This document shows positions 29,977 to 44,868 of a stretch of 64,000 bases of DNA, one piece after another. Positions within the stretch are counted from its first letter, which is position 1, and every line of letters starts with the position of its first letter. The notes under the pieces are model-generated. The model was not told the origin of the DNA, did no database searches, and worked only from the letters and a program-made list of their open reading frames with translations. The position numbers and the translations under genes were made by a program. The stretch is from Schmidtea polychroa. Lineage: Eukaryota. The stretch covers positions 10,790,001 through 10,854,000 of the forward strand of contig CM097885.1 of assembly GCA_044892525.1 (NCBI GenBank). The letters run 5' to 3'.

Positions 29977-32252
29977 ACCACCTGAGAATAATATTGTTAA
30001 TTTATCTTGGTGTTATTAAAATTATCTTTCGACTTTACGCTTCTTACCATTTAGAATAATATTTTTTATCAAATTTGTGTTAATTTGACTGATTCAATTT
30101 GATGGAGTTATTGTTAATTCGTTTTATTATATATACTCTGAGTTTATCCGACAAGATATTTTCTCCCTCTATGGGTACTGTTCACAATAAGTACTGGTCG
30201 TAAGGGTACTGGTCGTAAAGGTACTGGTGTGTTTTAATGATTTTATTTAGTCAAATATTTGGTTATTATTTCGCATTAAATTCATTGGTAAATTTTTAGA
30301 GTTAGCGGGATTTTACTAACATCATTACTAACATGTTTTGTGAATAATTGAAAGAATATTTAAAAAATTAAGGTTTTAGTGTTAATTCTAAGACAAATTT
30401 AATTAATTTCTTGATAATTTGCTATATTTTATTGACTTGTTTTTAAATTTACTTTTAAATAAAAATTATTTTTAATGACAGTTAGGTTAATAATTAGAGT
30501 TTTTACAATAATCAAGTGATTATTATTTAATTTTTATGATGACTTTGTAGTGATATTGAATTTGACAAAATAATTTTTTCATATATTTTCTAAAAATATT
30601 GATGAACTTTTAAATATTGAAAATCTAAAGTTGAAACCAGCTAATTTTATCATGATGATATATTTGAAATCTACTTGAAAATTATTGTAAAATATACTGA
30701 AATTCGTGATTTTGAAAGATATATCACGTTATAATTGCTATATAATTGGCTGAATCGATGAAGAATTATGATCAATATTTCATCTCTAGTTAGGTATTTG
30801 ATGGTAAATGTGGTGAAATATTTGTAGAAAATATTGATTTTAGTGAATTTTGATCTTTTAGTGGGCTCTTACTACATGAATTTAGATACTAAATTATTTC
30901 AATGGAAGGATGTCTGTAACAATTAAATAAAATTCATATTTTGAAGAATTTTGTAGGAATTTTAAGAGAATTGATATATTAAAGGGCTGATATATTAAAG
31001 TCGGTTGGATTTAGTAAAGGTTCAGTTAAGATGGTAATATATGATTTTTAAGGGGGTATTTAAAGGGTAGAAATCTGTGGTGAGAGATCGTTTAAGGTGG
31101 AAATGTTTGAAATCTCTATTTAAATCGATAATGTTCTTATTGGTAAAATTTTAAAGGGAAATAGTCAGCTATGAATTAATAATAGTTCCTGTGAAATTAT
31201 ATCGTTTCAGAGGTTTATTAGGTCGTGATGAATGTTATTGCACAGTAATTTATGTTTCAGAACAAGTTTTTATTAATTATCCAATGTTTTATTAAGTCGT
31301 TTAGGGTGAATGATCTATTTACTTGGTTTTGACAATGAAATATTTGAAATCTTTAGAATTAATTGGGATTGATATCAAAGGTTATTTCTTTAAATTATTT
31401 TATTTAAGAAGTTATTTTATTCATTGTGGCGATATCAGTGAAGAAAATTTATGATTTTAATTAGATTTCTAGAAATTAAATCAGTTGAATAAAGGTAAAA
31501 TCTATTGAAGGAATATTGTTATCGAATGGACAAATCTTTCAATGATATTTTGCTAAATTACCTTTGTTAAATATTATTTTAAATGACTAAAAAAGAGAAA
31601 ATTAACCAATATTCTTAAATTATTCACACAAAATATCCATGTTTTGGTAATAGTTACTCAAACATCTTAACCTATACGACCATGTATTTCTCACAAAGAT
31701 ATATTACGCACAATGATCATCTCATTAAATTAGAAAACAATTGTAACCCTATATTTCTAACTAATAACCACTTTAATTGGTTAAATGATAACCAAATGTT
31801 TCTATTATGACTCCTTTTTGCTTCGAACAAAGATAGAAATTTACTCCAAATGATAAAGAATTTCTACCAAAATTATCAATAAATATATTAATGACCATGT
31901 ATTTCTCAGGAATTTATATAGATTATTGTAATGAGCACTAGATGAATAAATTACCTATGAAATGCTTAATATGCATATCTTACCTTTTGCTAAATATTAA
32001 ATGACTAAACATGACAAAGTTAACCAATAAATTAGTCGCTCGAAATAAGAATTCGGTAAGTTTTATTCAAATTATTCACTAATTTCTGATATCCATGATC
32101 ATCCATTTCTCACTAAATTACCTAAGAATTTTTAACTAATATACATAGGCCTTAATTAATATACCCTTACGACATGTTGAATGTGACCAGTACCCTTACG
32201 ACAAATACACATAGGGGGACAGAATATTTTGTCGGATAAACTCGGACTATAT
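29977..32252 (+). repeat. Non-coding unit U, copy 3
   Basis: Begins ACCACCTGAGAATAATATTG like copy 1; M motifs at 30129(+) and 32252(-). Confidence 0.9.
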
Positions 32253-32255
32253 AAT

Positions 32256-32322
<67 letters not shown>

Positions 32323-32965
32323 TTGATTAAAACTTCGAAAATAATAATTTTAAAAATAACATCTTCCGCGCGGGCGTTAATATCTTTCCCAATAATAATG
32401 ATAAATTAAATTATTACGTAATCAACAATTAAAACAAAAAAATATTATATAATCAACGATTTAAACAAAATTAAATTTTTATGTATTCGATAATTAAAAC
32501 AAAAAATTAAAATATTATTATATAATAAACAATTTAAACAAAATTAAATTATTTCGTATTCGATAATTAAAACAAAAAATAAAAATATTATTACATAATC
32601 AACAATTTAAACAAAATTAAATTATTATGTATTCGATAATTAAAACAAAAAATAAAAATATTATTATATAATTAACAATTTAAACAAAATTAAATTATAA
32701 CGTTATCGATAATTAAAACAAATATAAACCGCTGGAACAAAAATAGATGTCTTTGTTACTAAAAATAGAACGACCTTGGCGAGTCATCGGATCAATAATC
32801 GGATAAAAAATGTTACTAAAAATAGATGTCTTTGTTACTAAAAATAGAACGACCTTGATGATTCAGCGACTGAGGTATGGTCTTTGTTTAAATTACCTTG
32901 GTAATTAAAACTTGATGATAATAATAATAATAATATTAATAATAAATTTTGAAAATATCTTCGAA

Positions 32966-33019
<54 letters not shown>

Positions 33020-34068
33020 TATACTATTGATAGTAATAAATAATATATCCCATGGGCGCGTCATTGTCTTTGTTCAAAAATAAATGAGTCATCGATGAGT
33101 ACTTTTGTATTGCCGTTTGTTTGATATGTATATTATAAGGTTTGAAAAATTTAAACCTTGGATCCTTAGACTCTTTGACTTTCAAACTTGGATCATGATA
33201 CTTACATCTCAAATACCTTTTGTTTGATATGTATATTATAAGGTTTTAAAATTTTTGAACATTGGACACTTTCGGTGGTATAACCTTTGAGGGTATGACC
33301 ATCATACTCACCTTTGTATTACCTTTTATTTGACATGTATATATCTATATGTATAATTTTTAAAGGTTTTGGACCCTTTGAAGGTTTGAAGGTTCAGGAC
33401 CATTCATAAACCTTTGAAAGTATGACCATGATACTTAGATCTCAAATACCTTTTGTTTGATATGTATATTATAAGGTTTTAAAATTTTTGAACCTTGAAC
33501 CCTTGGACCTTCGAACTCACCATCAAAAGTCCTTTTGAAAGATATATATATATATTATATGATTTGAAAAATATTTAATTTTGGATACCCTTTGAAGGTT
33601 ATTGACCCACCATTCACCTTCGAGGGTATGACCATCATACTTACCTCTCAAATACCTTTCGAATGATACCCTTTGGTGAAGGTCTGACCTTAAAAATATG
33701 ACCTTGACCTTAAAAAATATGACCTTTACCTTAAAATATGACCTTGACCTTTAAAAATATGACCTTGATGAGTCATCCAATGACCTTGAATGAGTCATTG
33801 TCTTTGTTTCAATGACCTTGATGAGTCATCCAATGACCTTGAATGAGTCATGGTCTTTGTTTCAATGACCTTGATGATTCATCCAATGACCTTGAATGAG
33901 TCATGGGCTTTGTTCTAATGACCTTGATGAGTCATCGCATGAGCCATGGTCTTTGTTTCAATGACCTTGATGAGCCATATGTCTTGTTTTAAAATTTGAC
34001 CTTGAAAAAAATTTCATTTTACCCCCCCCCCGGGGGGTAGTGTGCCAGTGGTGACACATCCTACTACT
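32245..34068 (-). repeat. Right TIR of the main Polinton
   Basis: Reverse complement of 13334-15508, with an internal deletion between direct repeats. Confidence 0.93.
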
Positions 34069-34255
34069 AGAACAGTTTGGCATATCGAAGCGAAGAGGAA
34101 ATAAAGTATTAGGAATTAAATGAAAATCCAATATTGAGACTGAAAATCTTCCTTATATCCAAGTCATGGTAGAATGAAAAAGATGTGGAATTTCGACAAA
34201 AAGTTTTAAAAGAAGTTGGAAAGATTTAATTCAAATTAAGAAAAAATCATTCTCA

Positions 34256-37200
34256 TTAGATGCCTGATATTGCGTTTTCTTTTGTATTTTCTATAAAAAC
34301 GAAAGATTTCAACCATTTTGATTTTTTATACATTAATTTTGAATAAACTTTTTGCAAAAGCATTCCATTAATCAAATACCAATCCAACATCCTTCCTTCC
34401 ACAGCATAATTCTTTTTATCAAGTTGAGTTTGAATTAATTTTTCAGTTGTCTTGTATCCATTCAAATTATTTTTAATTTCCCAAGGAGATAACCATTGAT
34501 CGGGTACTTTTATTTTCTCAGGACAAAATTGGAAATGTTTAGTTTTTTCTTTTATACTATCTGGATATTTTAAATCTACTTTGTAAATAAACCCTTCTAC
34601 AGAATTCTCTGAAGGTTGCCAACTCAAGTCTCTACACCATTTCATTTCTCCAGCTGGCAACCCTTCAATCATTGCTGTTGGATAGAAAGAATTTGCATCA
34701 AAATAATATAAATAATTATTTGGTTCAGCATTCAAATTATGTAATCCTAAATTTTTCCAGAATTTAGTTTTTTCATCATTGAATTCATTCTCTAATCCAT
34801 ATGCTCCAGAGGCTCCTCCTCTCACTCCAATTCCTATAAATAATAATTGACCAAAAGTCTCATGTTTAAAATATTTTAATTTTACTTTAGTATGTTTCAA
34901 TCCTGCCAACCATGTCAATCCTGGAGATGAATAACAATAACATGGATCAATTGCATAATACATCAACCAAGAGACATACATCCATCTTTAAATAATTCAT
35001 GGTGTAATCTTTCATAGTTCTACAATTTAATAATTCCCAAGATCCTTGAGCATAATTATAATCTTGGGTGGAAATATTAGATTGTTTCAAATGTGAATAG
35101 AATTCTCTAATATTTGGTAATTCTTCCTCGTTCATTTTGTCATCAACATCTCTAAACTCCTTCCCAGAAATGTATTCATAAGGATATATCCCTTTTCTTA
35201 CTGGAATATTTCTATAATATTCACTATACACTTTACATTCTTCAGGTTTGAAAAGTGAAGCTAAATAGTCTCATCCAAAAGCCATCATTCTATACGAGTC
35301 TAGAAATCTACAAACTCCAACATTGAATGATATATAATTGTCATTTCTACTTGTCAAAACCTTTCTAATTTTCGGAGCCAACTCTCTGAATATTAAATGA
35401 TTATACCAAACACCACTGAGAACCGTTTCCTATAATATAACAAAAAAATCAATAATCTTAACATTATAGAAACATACTTACTTTAATTTCACGTTGATGT
35501 TCTCATTTATAGCTCAGTGAGATACATCTTATATTATTGAAAACTAAAAAGTGGAAGAAAAATAAAAAACTGCACACAAAAGAAGCACATACTAAAAAGC
35601 ACAGAAAAATAATTACACACCTCTATAATTATTTTCTTGTTTTAAATGATCATGATCCAAAACCTTCGGATTTTCTCCTTCAGAGAATTCTTTTTTACAA
35701 TAATAACATCTAGATGCGCCATTATATAATATAGAAACATCATCATCTGTAGAAATATTTATTGGATAATTAGTTTTTAATATTTTCCCTAATTTCTTAT
35801 TCATCTTATTAATAAATTTAGCAAATTATTTAACAGCATGCTCTCCATAATACTTGAAATATTTTGATTCAATCAATTCTGGATAATTACTCTTTAAATA
35901 TATTCCAAAACAAAACCCGAATTGTTCTGTTTTTTCTCCAGTTTCAGTATTGCTCTTATAATTCCAACATTCAAAATCTGCATAACATACAAATGGGACT
36001 TTATTCTTGTAATGATACTCTTTGAAATATTTATATTCATCATGATGAAAAGTAGCTTTTTCTTCTTTATGTTGTACACATATTACTTGATGAGTTTCTA
36101 ATGCATTGTTTGAACGAAATGAACAGAAACAATTTAGACAAGGAAATATATCATGGCTTGAACTATTTCCTAAAAATACACTAACACTTTTACACAAGAC
36201 ATAATGTTGTTTGTATAATAACAAGTTACAACCTTTAGGATTCAAATAAGATCTAAACAACATTGAAAGATTTGGTACTTCCGTGTTATCTTAACCCCCA
36301 AGATTAAATTAAAAAAGAACACATATAATTATTATATTTATTTTCTAAATCACATTTACAAACTCAGCAAATGTTTGTAAAGAGTTTGTAAATGGTCATC
36401 CAGGTGGCCAGAAAATCACAATGTCGTTGAGAATAGTGTCGAACACATCGGCACTGTTGCTTAGAACACGCTTGCGCCACATAAACTCACATAATCACAT
36501 AAATCACATAAATCACAGATCGCTTAAATTCATGGTAAATAATGTTCAATAACGTCATCAATAATTTATTCTCTCATTTTTTATACTGGTATTTTAATTG
36601 TATTTTATAATTTAATTTTTGGGGGTAAGATAACACGGAAGTTCCAAAGCTTTTTCTCATCATTTATTTTAAATACACTGATTAAAATTTCAAGATTTTG
36701 TTTTTGGAATTTCTTTATCCCATCAATTGTAATTGGAAAATCTATCCCATTTAAATTCAATTCATTTTCAAAAGGTTTAAATTTTCCAACTCTATATGAA
36801 TGTTCAGTTGTAGAGATTGGATGTAAAAATGCTAAAATACTCCAAACAAAACATTTGTTGCCATCATTTTGAATATTTAAAATGACATTTGATTTAAATC
36901 GAAGTTTTACAAATGTTCCCCCTATTGGTGATTTGTATTGGTTAATATTCAAAGATATTTGTTTATTATATTAAAATGACCAACCACTTCCAGTAAGTTC
37001 TTCACTTTCAATTCTCCACTCTAATTCTCTGACTTGTTCATCTATTCCTTCTTGTATTTTTTCAGTATTTATAGCAAAAGATGTTGTAGATGTATAAAAT
37101 CTTTGTAAATCATTAGGATCATAATCATAGTCTCGTCTTCTTCTTCTTATTCTCTGCATTCTTCTTCTTTGCATTCTTTGAACATAATTTAAATGCGCAT

Positions 37201-37711
37201 CTCTATGAGGTATTTCAACTATTTCTTCTTGTATGGGTTTCACATTTTCAACTCCATGTCTAAAGGATTTTGTGTATACAACGTTTATTCCAATATAAAA
37301 TGTTATAGGACAATTAAAATGATTATAATATGCATTTAAAATCTCAAAGAATCCATCAACATTTATTACTTGTGTTTTTTCATATCTTGTAAATTTCACA
37401 GCAGTCAACCTTTCAAAACTTTCTTGTTGAATTATTCCGGGGTATGAATATATAAAACTAGCAGATAAATTTACAGGTTGAGACCTTATGGGTGATGCAT
37501 GTTCAATACCTCGTTGTCTGTTACGCTGATGCAGTTTAGTTTTCAAATGAGCCTCCCAATATGTATTTTTATAATAATTATTGCAAAATTTACAGAAAGT
37601 TTCAATATTTAAATTCTTTCGGCTTTGGCTTGCCATTTTTTTAATATTTGTTTTGGTAATATAATTATATTTTCGCACTTTCGCACTTTCATACTCTATA
37701 AAATTTTTCAT
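34256..37711 (-). pseudogene. Decayed pPolB no. 2 from a different Polinton family, truncated before motif B
   Basis: N-terminal zinc finger CKFC..HLKTKLH, GSGW, CFVWSILA, FPITI, YADFE, DHDH, KGIYPYEY, GVRGG, DANSFYP; stops, frameshifts and insertions at ~35405-35612 and 36271-36648. Confidence 0.9.
36271..36648. mobile_element. MITE-like insertion with ~40-bp TIRs
   Basis: TTTGGTACTTCCGTGTTATCTTAACCCCCAAGATTAAATTA ... TAATTTAATTTTTGGGGGTAAGATAACACGGAAGTTCCAAA interrupts the pPolB frame; TSD not resolved. Confidence 0.8.
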
Positions 37712-37895
37712 CAGATAAAAATTCAGTGCATTAATGTATAAATTATTTCAAGATGCCCACCTAAATTAAAAATTTCAAAATTTAACCATTCAAAAATTCA
37801 ATCAAACCTGAAAAGCACAAAATGTTGTTAATTAAATTCATTAGATGATAAAATATTTAGTTGCTACCCAACCATTTCTCTCGTTTATCTTTTTT

Positions 37896-38442
37896 TTAAT
37901 ATCCTTGGGTTATTACATTTGCATTTTTTAACTTTCTAACTTGATCTTTTATGTCTTGAATTATTTTATTAGATTTTAAAATTTCGTCATTCGTCAAGAC
38001 TCCATCTTCCAAGGCTTTTAATTGAAATAAATATACTTTTGATATTCCAATTTCTATTGATGAACAAACATCACGATATAAATTTTTCTTTTTTGAAGTG
38101 TATGATATAGACAACTTCAGTCAAGAATAAATCTCCAGCTGAAATGCTCCCAAGAATTATTGGTGCAAGTGTCAAGACTGGTAAAGTTGCTGGTAATACA
38201 ATTGTTAATATTGTTGTTGCAAAACCCAAAGAATAACCAACAATCTTTAAACAAGTATCAGCTCTATTCCATTTATTTTTAATTTTTTGATAATGTTTTA
38301 ACAAATCTTCTAAATGAAATTTTTCAGATTTGAATTCTTTTACTTTTAGGACTTCTAATTCAGAAGGTGCTGTAGGATATCTCAATTCTGGGTAAATTTT
38401 ATCTTCTTTGATCTCCTCCATTTTATATATTTCAATTTCCAT
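37896..38442 (-). pseudogene. Polinton-associated small membrane protein with YPxL and PTAP motifs (frameshifted)
   Basis: IYPELRYPTAP, helical region, long hydrophobic stretch, C-terminal KALEDGVLTNDE in the overlapping frame; directly upstream of pPolB no. 2. Confidence 0.7.
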
Positions 38443-40101
38443 TTCAAAGAATCAAGACTTTAATGTTTGGCACCAACGCTCTTATTTCACACGTTCTTGA
38501 TGTAAGCACATCTTTATACAACTCGGACAATGTTTTACGAACCTCAACACTATTAATCTTTACATCATAAAATATTAAATCTATATAATGTACTAGTGTT
38601 AGGTTCTGATCAGGTGGATTTGATTTGTCCTAACACAGATTATATCTGACTCCAAAGATATAAATACGAAATAGGCTTGTGTAATTATAAATAATTGAAT
38701 ATGAATTAAACAAGACTTGAGTAAAAGAAATTTATTAATTATGCACAAATATACAAATGTAAATAAATATGTTTTCCAAAAATGCCGCTGAAATACTATA
38801 AGGAAAGAATATCGGTTATACAAACAGTCCTCAGATAAAAGTGACAAATGCTGGATCTAATTGCTCACAGCACTGTTGGGGACAAGAAGGAGGGATTTCC
38901 CAAAGTTTGCGCGATCGACTAGATCAAGTTTGATCTAGCGTTACCTATATTAAACCCTCTGAAAATTTAATCTCCAACGAGTAAGAAAGGCACAAATGCT
39001 GCTTCTCGTGGCCGGGTTGTGCAATTAAATCTTTTATTGAAAATCAAATATTCAGATAACCTCACGGTTAAGAATATTGGTTGGATTCACTTTTCTGTGA
39101 CCAATTCACCAAAAAGCTTTATAGCTTTTAATTTCTCTTTGGGTTTGATGTTTTATTCTAAGCAAAATTGCTTGAACAAATGTTTTTGCTAAATGAATTT
39201 TGCTTCTCGCTTTTATAGTAAATTTCTGTAGCAGTGACTGGTTAATTGCCTTGGTAACTGCTGGTATTTCACTAACTGGTAGAAAAGAATTTTACTGTAA
39301 ATCGCTGCTTAATCGTTATTGATTTTATCAGCAGTGTTCAATATTTATTTCTCTCTTAGTTAAGAAATTCCAACTTATTTATATTAATTTAATAATTATA
39401 AATACTAATTTTAGTAATTATATATTTCTATTTATACATATATTTATTTATGAATTACTTATTATAGTATTCTATTTGTATTTATTATTTGTAGTAATTA
39501 ATTATTCCATATATAGTAATTATTTATTTATCTAAACTCTTTATAGTAATTTATTCTAAATTTAGTAATTATTTCATTAACAGACGAAAACGGGAGAAAA
39601 ATAACGAGGAATATAGAAAAGATAAAGCATTTTAAAGAAGGGAGGATGAAAGGAGTTAGTAAACCCCTATATAAAATTATTATGGTTAAATGGTAGAAGT
39701 GAAATCAGTTAGTAGAAATAATTATTTCTGTTAAATTTTTATATTAAAATTCTTTATTAAATTATATCATATTATATTAAATTATATTAAATTAAATCAA
39801 GTTTTGAAGTTGTTATAAAAAATAAATGCTTGAAGAAGATTTGAATTTAATTGCGTCTAACAAATTACTATTCTATTACAAAGTAATTCTTTGAAAACAT
39901 TATGGAGTATACTATTATAATTTTGAAGGAATCCAAATAAATATTTTAATTCAAAATAACCTTCAAATTTTTTAGAATTGTAAAGTTTAACACGTTTATA
40001 TTAACCATAATTTATATTTAAACCATCTTTATCTAAATCACCAATATTTACATCAGCGATCCAACCTGTTAATTCACCATATTCGGTTTTGTAATCAGAC
40101 A

Positions 40102-40175
40102 ACCCGGATAGCACAGTGGGAATCTACTCAATCAGCAGTAAGAATAGACAGTGGTTCAAATCCCAAGTCAAACTA
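40102..40175 (+). other. tRNA-derived (Pol III promoter) SINE-head-like sequence
   Basis: A-box TAGCACAGTGG and B-box GGTTCAAATCC at tRNA-like spacing; no convincing cloverleaf. Confidence 0.45.
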
Positions 40176-41164
40176 TTTTTTTTTATAAATCCATTTCTAT
40201 ATTTCTCTTTTATTTTCAATAACAACTGATTTAAAAATATGTATAAAATATATAATGTGTGTGTATTAATATATTTTTATGTATATTATTATTTTCTATA
40301 AAAATATGAAAAAATATTTAATATAAATGGGTGTGGTTGGCGAACCGGAGACTACCGCCAACAGTCTTTCGTACACCCATGGGAGCGATTTCCACCCGAG
40401 TCGACTATTTGTCTTTGGTTTCCTCTTTCGAATCTCTTTCAAATTTCGTTTCATACTTTCGGTAATGCGTGTAAAACACCGTTGAGATCGACTTTGTGAG
40501 CAAGAAGTGATAATAACACTCATTACAACTATCAAATTGATTCTGATGTATGACTCTGGCCAGCTTGTATATTGGAATTGATTTGATGAAAGAAAGAGGT
40601 GTAAATTAATATATAAAAAATTAAAAAATGATCCGGATCCAAAAAACAAAATGAAAAACAAACAAAAACTGCTGAGAAGAGTGGAAAAAAAATTACCACT
40701 GTCTTCTCAGCAGTTTTACTGTTTCATTTTTTTATTCTTTAAATTACAAGACATCAAGATAACAAATCACTGAAATCATCAAATGATTATTCAGAGTATT
40801 GTAAATGGCGGAAAATAGGATTTTTTCAAGTTTTTTACATCGCAATTTTTTGAATGTGTTGAATATGATAAATATGATTATTTTTTAAGGTGGATTTTTT
40901 CGAAGGTGAAAAATTTGAAAATTTGAAATTTGAATATTCAACTAACATGTTATGAAATTGTTGGTTATTTCGATAATGTAAATGTATCTATACTTGCATT
41001 TTGCGGTGAGTTGGTGCGTTGGCTTACAACGCTCATTTCACCACTATTTACCTTTTAAGCTATAGTATGTGGTAAAAAAATAAAATATATATTTTTTATA
41101 AAATAAGTCATTGTTGCCAAATGGCTACATTATGGATTTGTTTGCAGGAAAAAATAAAATTTTA

Positions 41165-42890
41165 CACTCAATGGAATGTGTTGAAGCAATTTCTGTTTGC
41201 TGTAATGTTAAGGGCCACTCCGCACTTCTCACACAGTATACTCGATTTCACAATTTATTTTGGACAGTGTCTTATTCCGTACTTTCTAACATCTTTAGGC
41301 AGAACATGTTGAACATGTCTCCTTTTCTTTTAAATAATTTTATTTTCAATAAGAGATGGATGCACACGTTTCCCTGCCTTCTTTTAGAAGTTACAGAATG
41401 CATCTGCCAGCTCAGTTTTGATTCTGCTAATGTCAATAATTTTTTTCTTGGGTTGGCTTTTTTATAGAGAACCCAGGAATTTATTATTGTCATGTCCAGT
41501 AAATAATAAAATAACCTCAGATACCATTTTTGGCTATTTACCCTTATTTTGTATTGTTCTATGAGATCTACACGACCCATGTGTGCATTGAATTCCTTTA
41601 CAATGTTGAGACACTCAATTTTGATTTTCTTCTTCAGTGTTCTGTCGTACCTGTTTATGCTATCCACACATGTAGACGCCAAAGTTACGATCTTGTTGTC
41701 TTTCCATGTAGGGACAGAAATGTCTACACCTTCATAATCGGTACATTGCTCTTCAAATGTACCTCTTGCAACATTTGTCCTCATCATTTCTGCCTTGGTA
41801 GATAAATTACACTCTTTACCGAGCCTGTTTTTTGTACTGTGCCTAAGCAAAAGATCCCCTTAGAAGCCAAGTAGTGCATCAATGAAATGGATGTATAAAG
41901 GTTATCAAAATACACTATGTGGTTCACCTGTCTAGGAACAACATTAGTCAAACGAACTGCCGTATTTCTTATAACTCCTAAATCAGGCTCATTAGATGAA
42001 TTACATGGATTTTCTTTCCCAAAATAAATTTCGAAATTGTAACCATAACACAGCAAAGAACATAAAACATAAAGCTTGAACCCCCATTTCTGAGGCTTGG
42101 TAGGCAAATATTGATTCTTGAAATGGGAAATCTTTGTGGCACACATTTGTTCATTTACAGAGAGCCTTTTGTCCAGAGGAACTTGCGAAAATGTTTTATT
42201 TAGATGAGATACTATAGGTCTTATTTTAGATAGCCTGTCGTGTTCTGCATATCCAATCAGTTTGTTGTTCAGATTATTGTTGAAATGTATAACACTCCTC
42301 AGTTTCTCGAATCTGTTCAGTGGCATTGTTTTTATTATTGTTGCGAAACCAAACCTAGGACACCAATAAGATCGTACATTTGGATAATGGTATACTGACA
42401 TAAATGTAAGAATACAAAAAAACAGCCTCAATTCAACAATATCCACAGGATTACAGTGTCCCACTACACTTTGCACGATATATAAATTGGTCTCTTCGAC
42501 AATATTTTGTAAAAAAGATTCGTCAAAGAAATAAGAAAACAAATTGAACAGCGTTTTTAATTCCAAAATGTTATTAGGAAACGTCATATTCCCATGAAAT
42601 GAAGTCTCATTCTCAGTGAGGACCAAATTTTATTTCCTCCATACTGTCTCTTGTCCTTTATACGCCCTGGTGCATTAACTATGAGAGGTGGATCATCATT
42701 TTGTTCATCTTCCTCAACAGGCTCAACTATCTCAACTTTGATATTCAACTTCAACATCAAGTTCGCACTCTTTCAAGAAGTCATCCAATATTTCTTCATC
42801 TTCAGACTTTATATCATTATCAGAAAGTCCCTCGTCTAATCTCCGAAATTATTCTTCGATTTCTTATGAATTTAGAGATGGTTTCCTTTT
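41165..42890 (-). pseudogene. piggyBac transposase remnant
   Basis: MPLNRFEKLRSVIHF, DRLSKIRP, LSVNEQM (catalytic D to N), QYLPTKPQKWGFK, YFDNLYTS, WKDNKIV, FNAHMGRVD, KWY.RLFYYLLD, Cys-rich tail; frameshift near 41800. Confidence 0.93.
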
Positions 42891-43735
42891 TGAATCTATA
42901 AAACAAAATAAAAGAATCGCTACATTTCTCAACAAGAATTTTATTCGTCACCCGATGGGCCATTTGGTAAGGTTATATTCATTGTAGCTCCGATTTTATA
43001 ACAATGTTATGATATATATTTATGATAAACTAATTTATTTTCTGTTAATTAAGAATACGTTGGGGTATCCACGTACGATCTTTGCAAATCTATCATCAGA
43101 CTTTCATAGGAACTGGTTATGTTATTTGTAACATCAAAAAGCGTGACTTTACCCTAACTGACGATGTACATGTAGACATGTGGCAGGTGGCAGCCCCTTG
43201 CAATATTTCTAAATGTAGTTGCCTTTTGACAGTTAATCGATCTCCTTGGAGTATACTGAATGCTATCTCGATAAATATGCTATTGGGCTCCCATAGGCAG
43301 CGGTTCGTCAATTATGTCTACATGAAGAATGAAGGTACACTTTATAGTAGGTAATCTTTCTACTGCAATAATTGATTTAATACAATAATTAGTAGATAAA
43401 TTAACTAATTTTCCCATTTTAAACAGGGGATTGCTCTTTGTGTTAATTTAGTATTACATATTAAAGTAATTTATATTGTTCCCTAATCATCCATTTGGGT
43501 TTCCGATTTCTCTTATCCTAATCTTCTTAATTTCCTAATCGGTTACATTAGTTTACTATAAACAATCATTGATCATCTACCAACAATATATAGATAGAAA
43601 TGAAATCTCTACAAAATGACATCATTATTTATTTCAAATTCACAATAATAACACCTTAAACAATACCTTTTTCATCCAACTTTTACATACACACACATTT
43701 TCAACTTTTATAAAATACAAATTATTTATCAATAC

Positions 43736-44095
43736 TTAAGAAAACTCATTATGATAGTAAAAAATTATATTAAAAGACACATTAAAAGATATATTAAAAA
43801 CTAAACATTTATTAAAACTTAGGTTCTTATTGATTTTCCCCGACACTTTATTCACTGCAACCACCTCTTCTTTTATTATATGAGCTATGAAACTTGAATA
43901 TTGCAACTTGATCAATTTGACTGAATTTGAAAATTTATATGGAATTTCATCTACCAAGAAATATATCTTATGGTTATGATTCATTTGTACTTGTTTCACA
44001 TCGTTCTTGACAGGTTTCGTCTCAGTTATTTTCTTAATTGGGCTTGTTTCTTTCAATAAATTAGAAAATGTTTTGTCATCAATAATGACTTTCAT
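43736..44095 (-). CDS. Hypothetical protein within a Polinton remnant
   Basis: ATG-initiated 119-aa ORF with no recognisable motif. Confidence 0.25.
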   Translation of the reverse strand: MKVIIDDKTFSNLLKETSPIKKITETKPVKNDVKQVQMNHNHKIYFLVDEIPYKFSNSVKLIKLQYSSFIAHIIKEEVVAVNKVSGKINKNLSFNKCLVFNISFNVSFNIIFYYHNEFS

Positions 44096-44868
44096 GTCAT
44101 TTCATCTCTCTTTTATACTTGTGTATTACCAATCAAATTAATGCATTTGTATTGCAAACAACACGCATGTGTGAATCATTGAACTTTGTGTGTGACCTTT
44201 ATATGTGAGTCATACATGGTTTGCAGATGTATTGCAGATGTAATGCAAATTAGTTAATTCTTTAATTAAAACGTGTACTAATTAGTGTGATATTAAAAAT
44301 ATTGTACTATTACAAGTAACATAAAAATACTATAACAACATAAAAATAGTGTACTATCACAAGTAACACTAACAAAATAAAAATTAGAAAACACTGCATT
44401 ATAATAACTAAACATTTTATAATAACTAAACATTTATTGATGTTCTACAATTAATGAAAAGTGAGCTTTTCTCAACTCTTTTCTTAATATCCATATATTA
44501 TACTTCTCTCGATCAACACATCCTTCGCATTTCTATGGGCATACTGATGGCTTGAATTATTTCAAGATGCAACCAAAATACCACATGGATATTTATTCTT
44601 TGATTTTACTCAGCAATACATGGATAATATACGTATTAAGACAGCTATTTTTAATAAAGATAGTTTATATAACAAAATTAAATCATGAATCTATTATAAT
44701 AAAAAATGGGGTTCAACAAAGGTTTTATTAAACTTGATAATCAATTAGTCAAAGTGAATAATGTCAAGAAGCGTGTAAAGAAACATGTAAAGAAATCTAT
44801 AAAAAAGATAGTAAAGAATTCTGTAAAAAAAATTATAAACAGAGTTATACGATAAAAATATTTCAATA

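Noticed and set aside
35405..35612. Intron in pPolB no. 2 (GTAAGT...TTATAG within this block)
   Set aside because: Removing it does not restore the polymerase; part of the block recurs at 60293-60325, indicating an inserted foreign fragment
40102..40175. Functional tRNA gene
   Set aside because: A and B boxes are present but acceptor and anticodon stems could not be formed
40330..40365. Hairpin GTTGGCG...CGCCAAC as a ribozyme or terminator
   Set aside because: Single short stem with no catalytic core consensus
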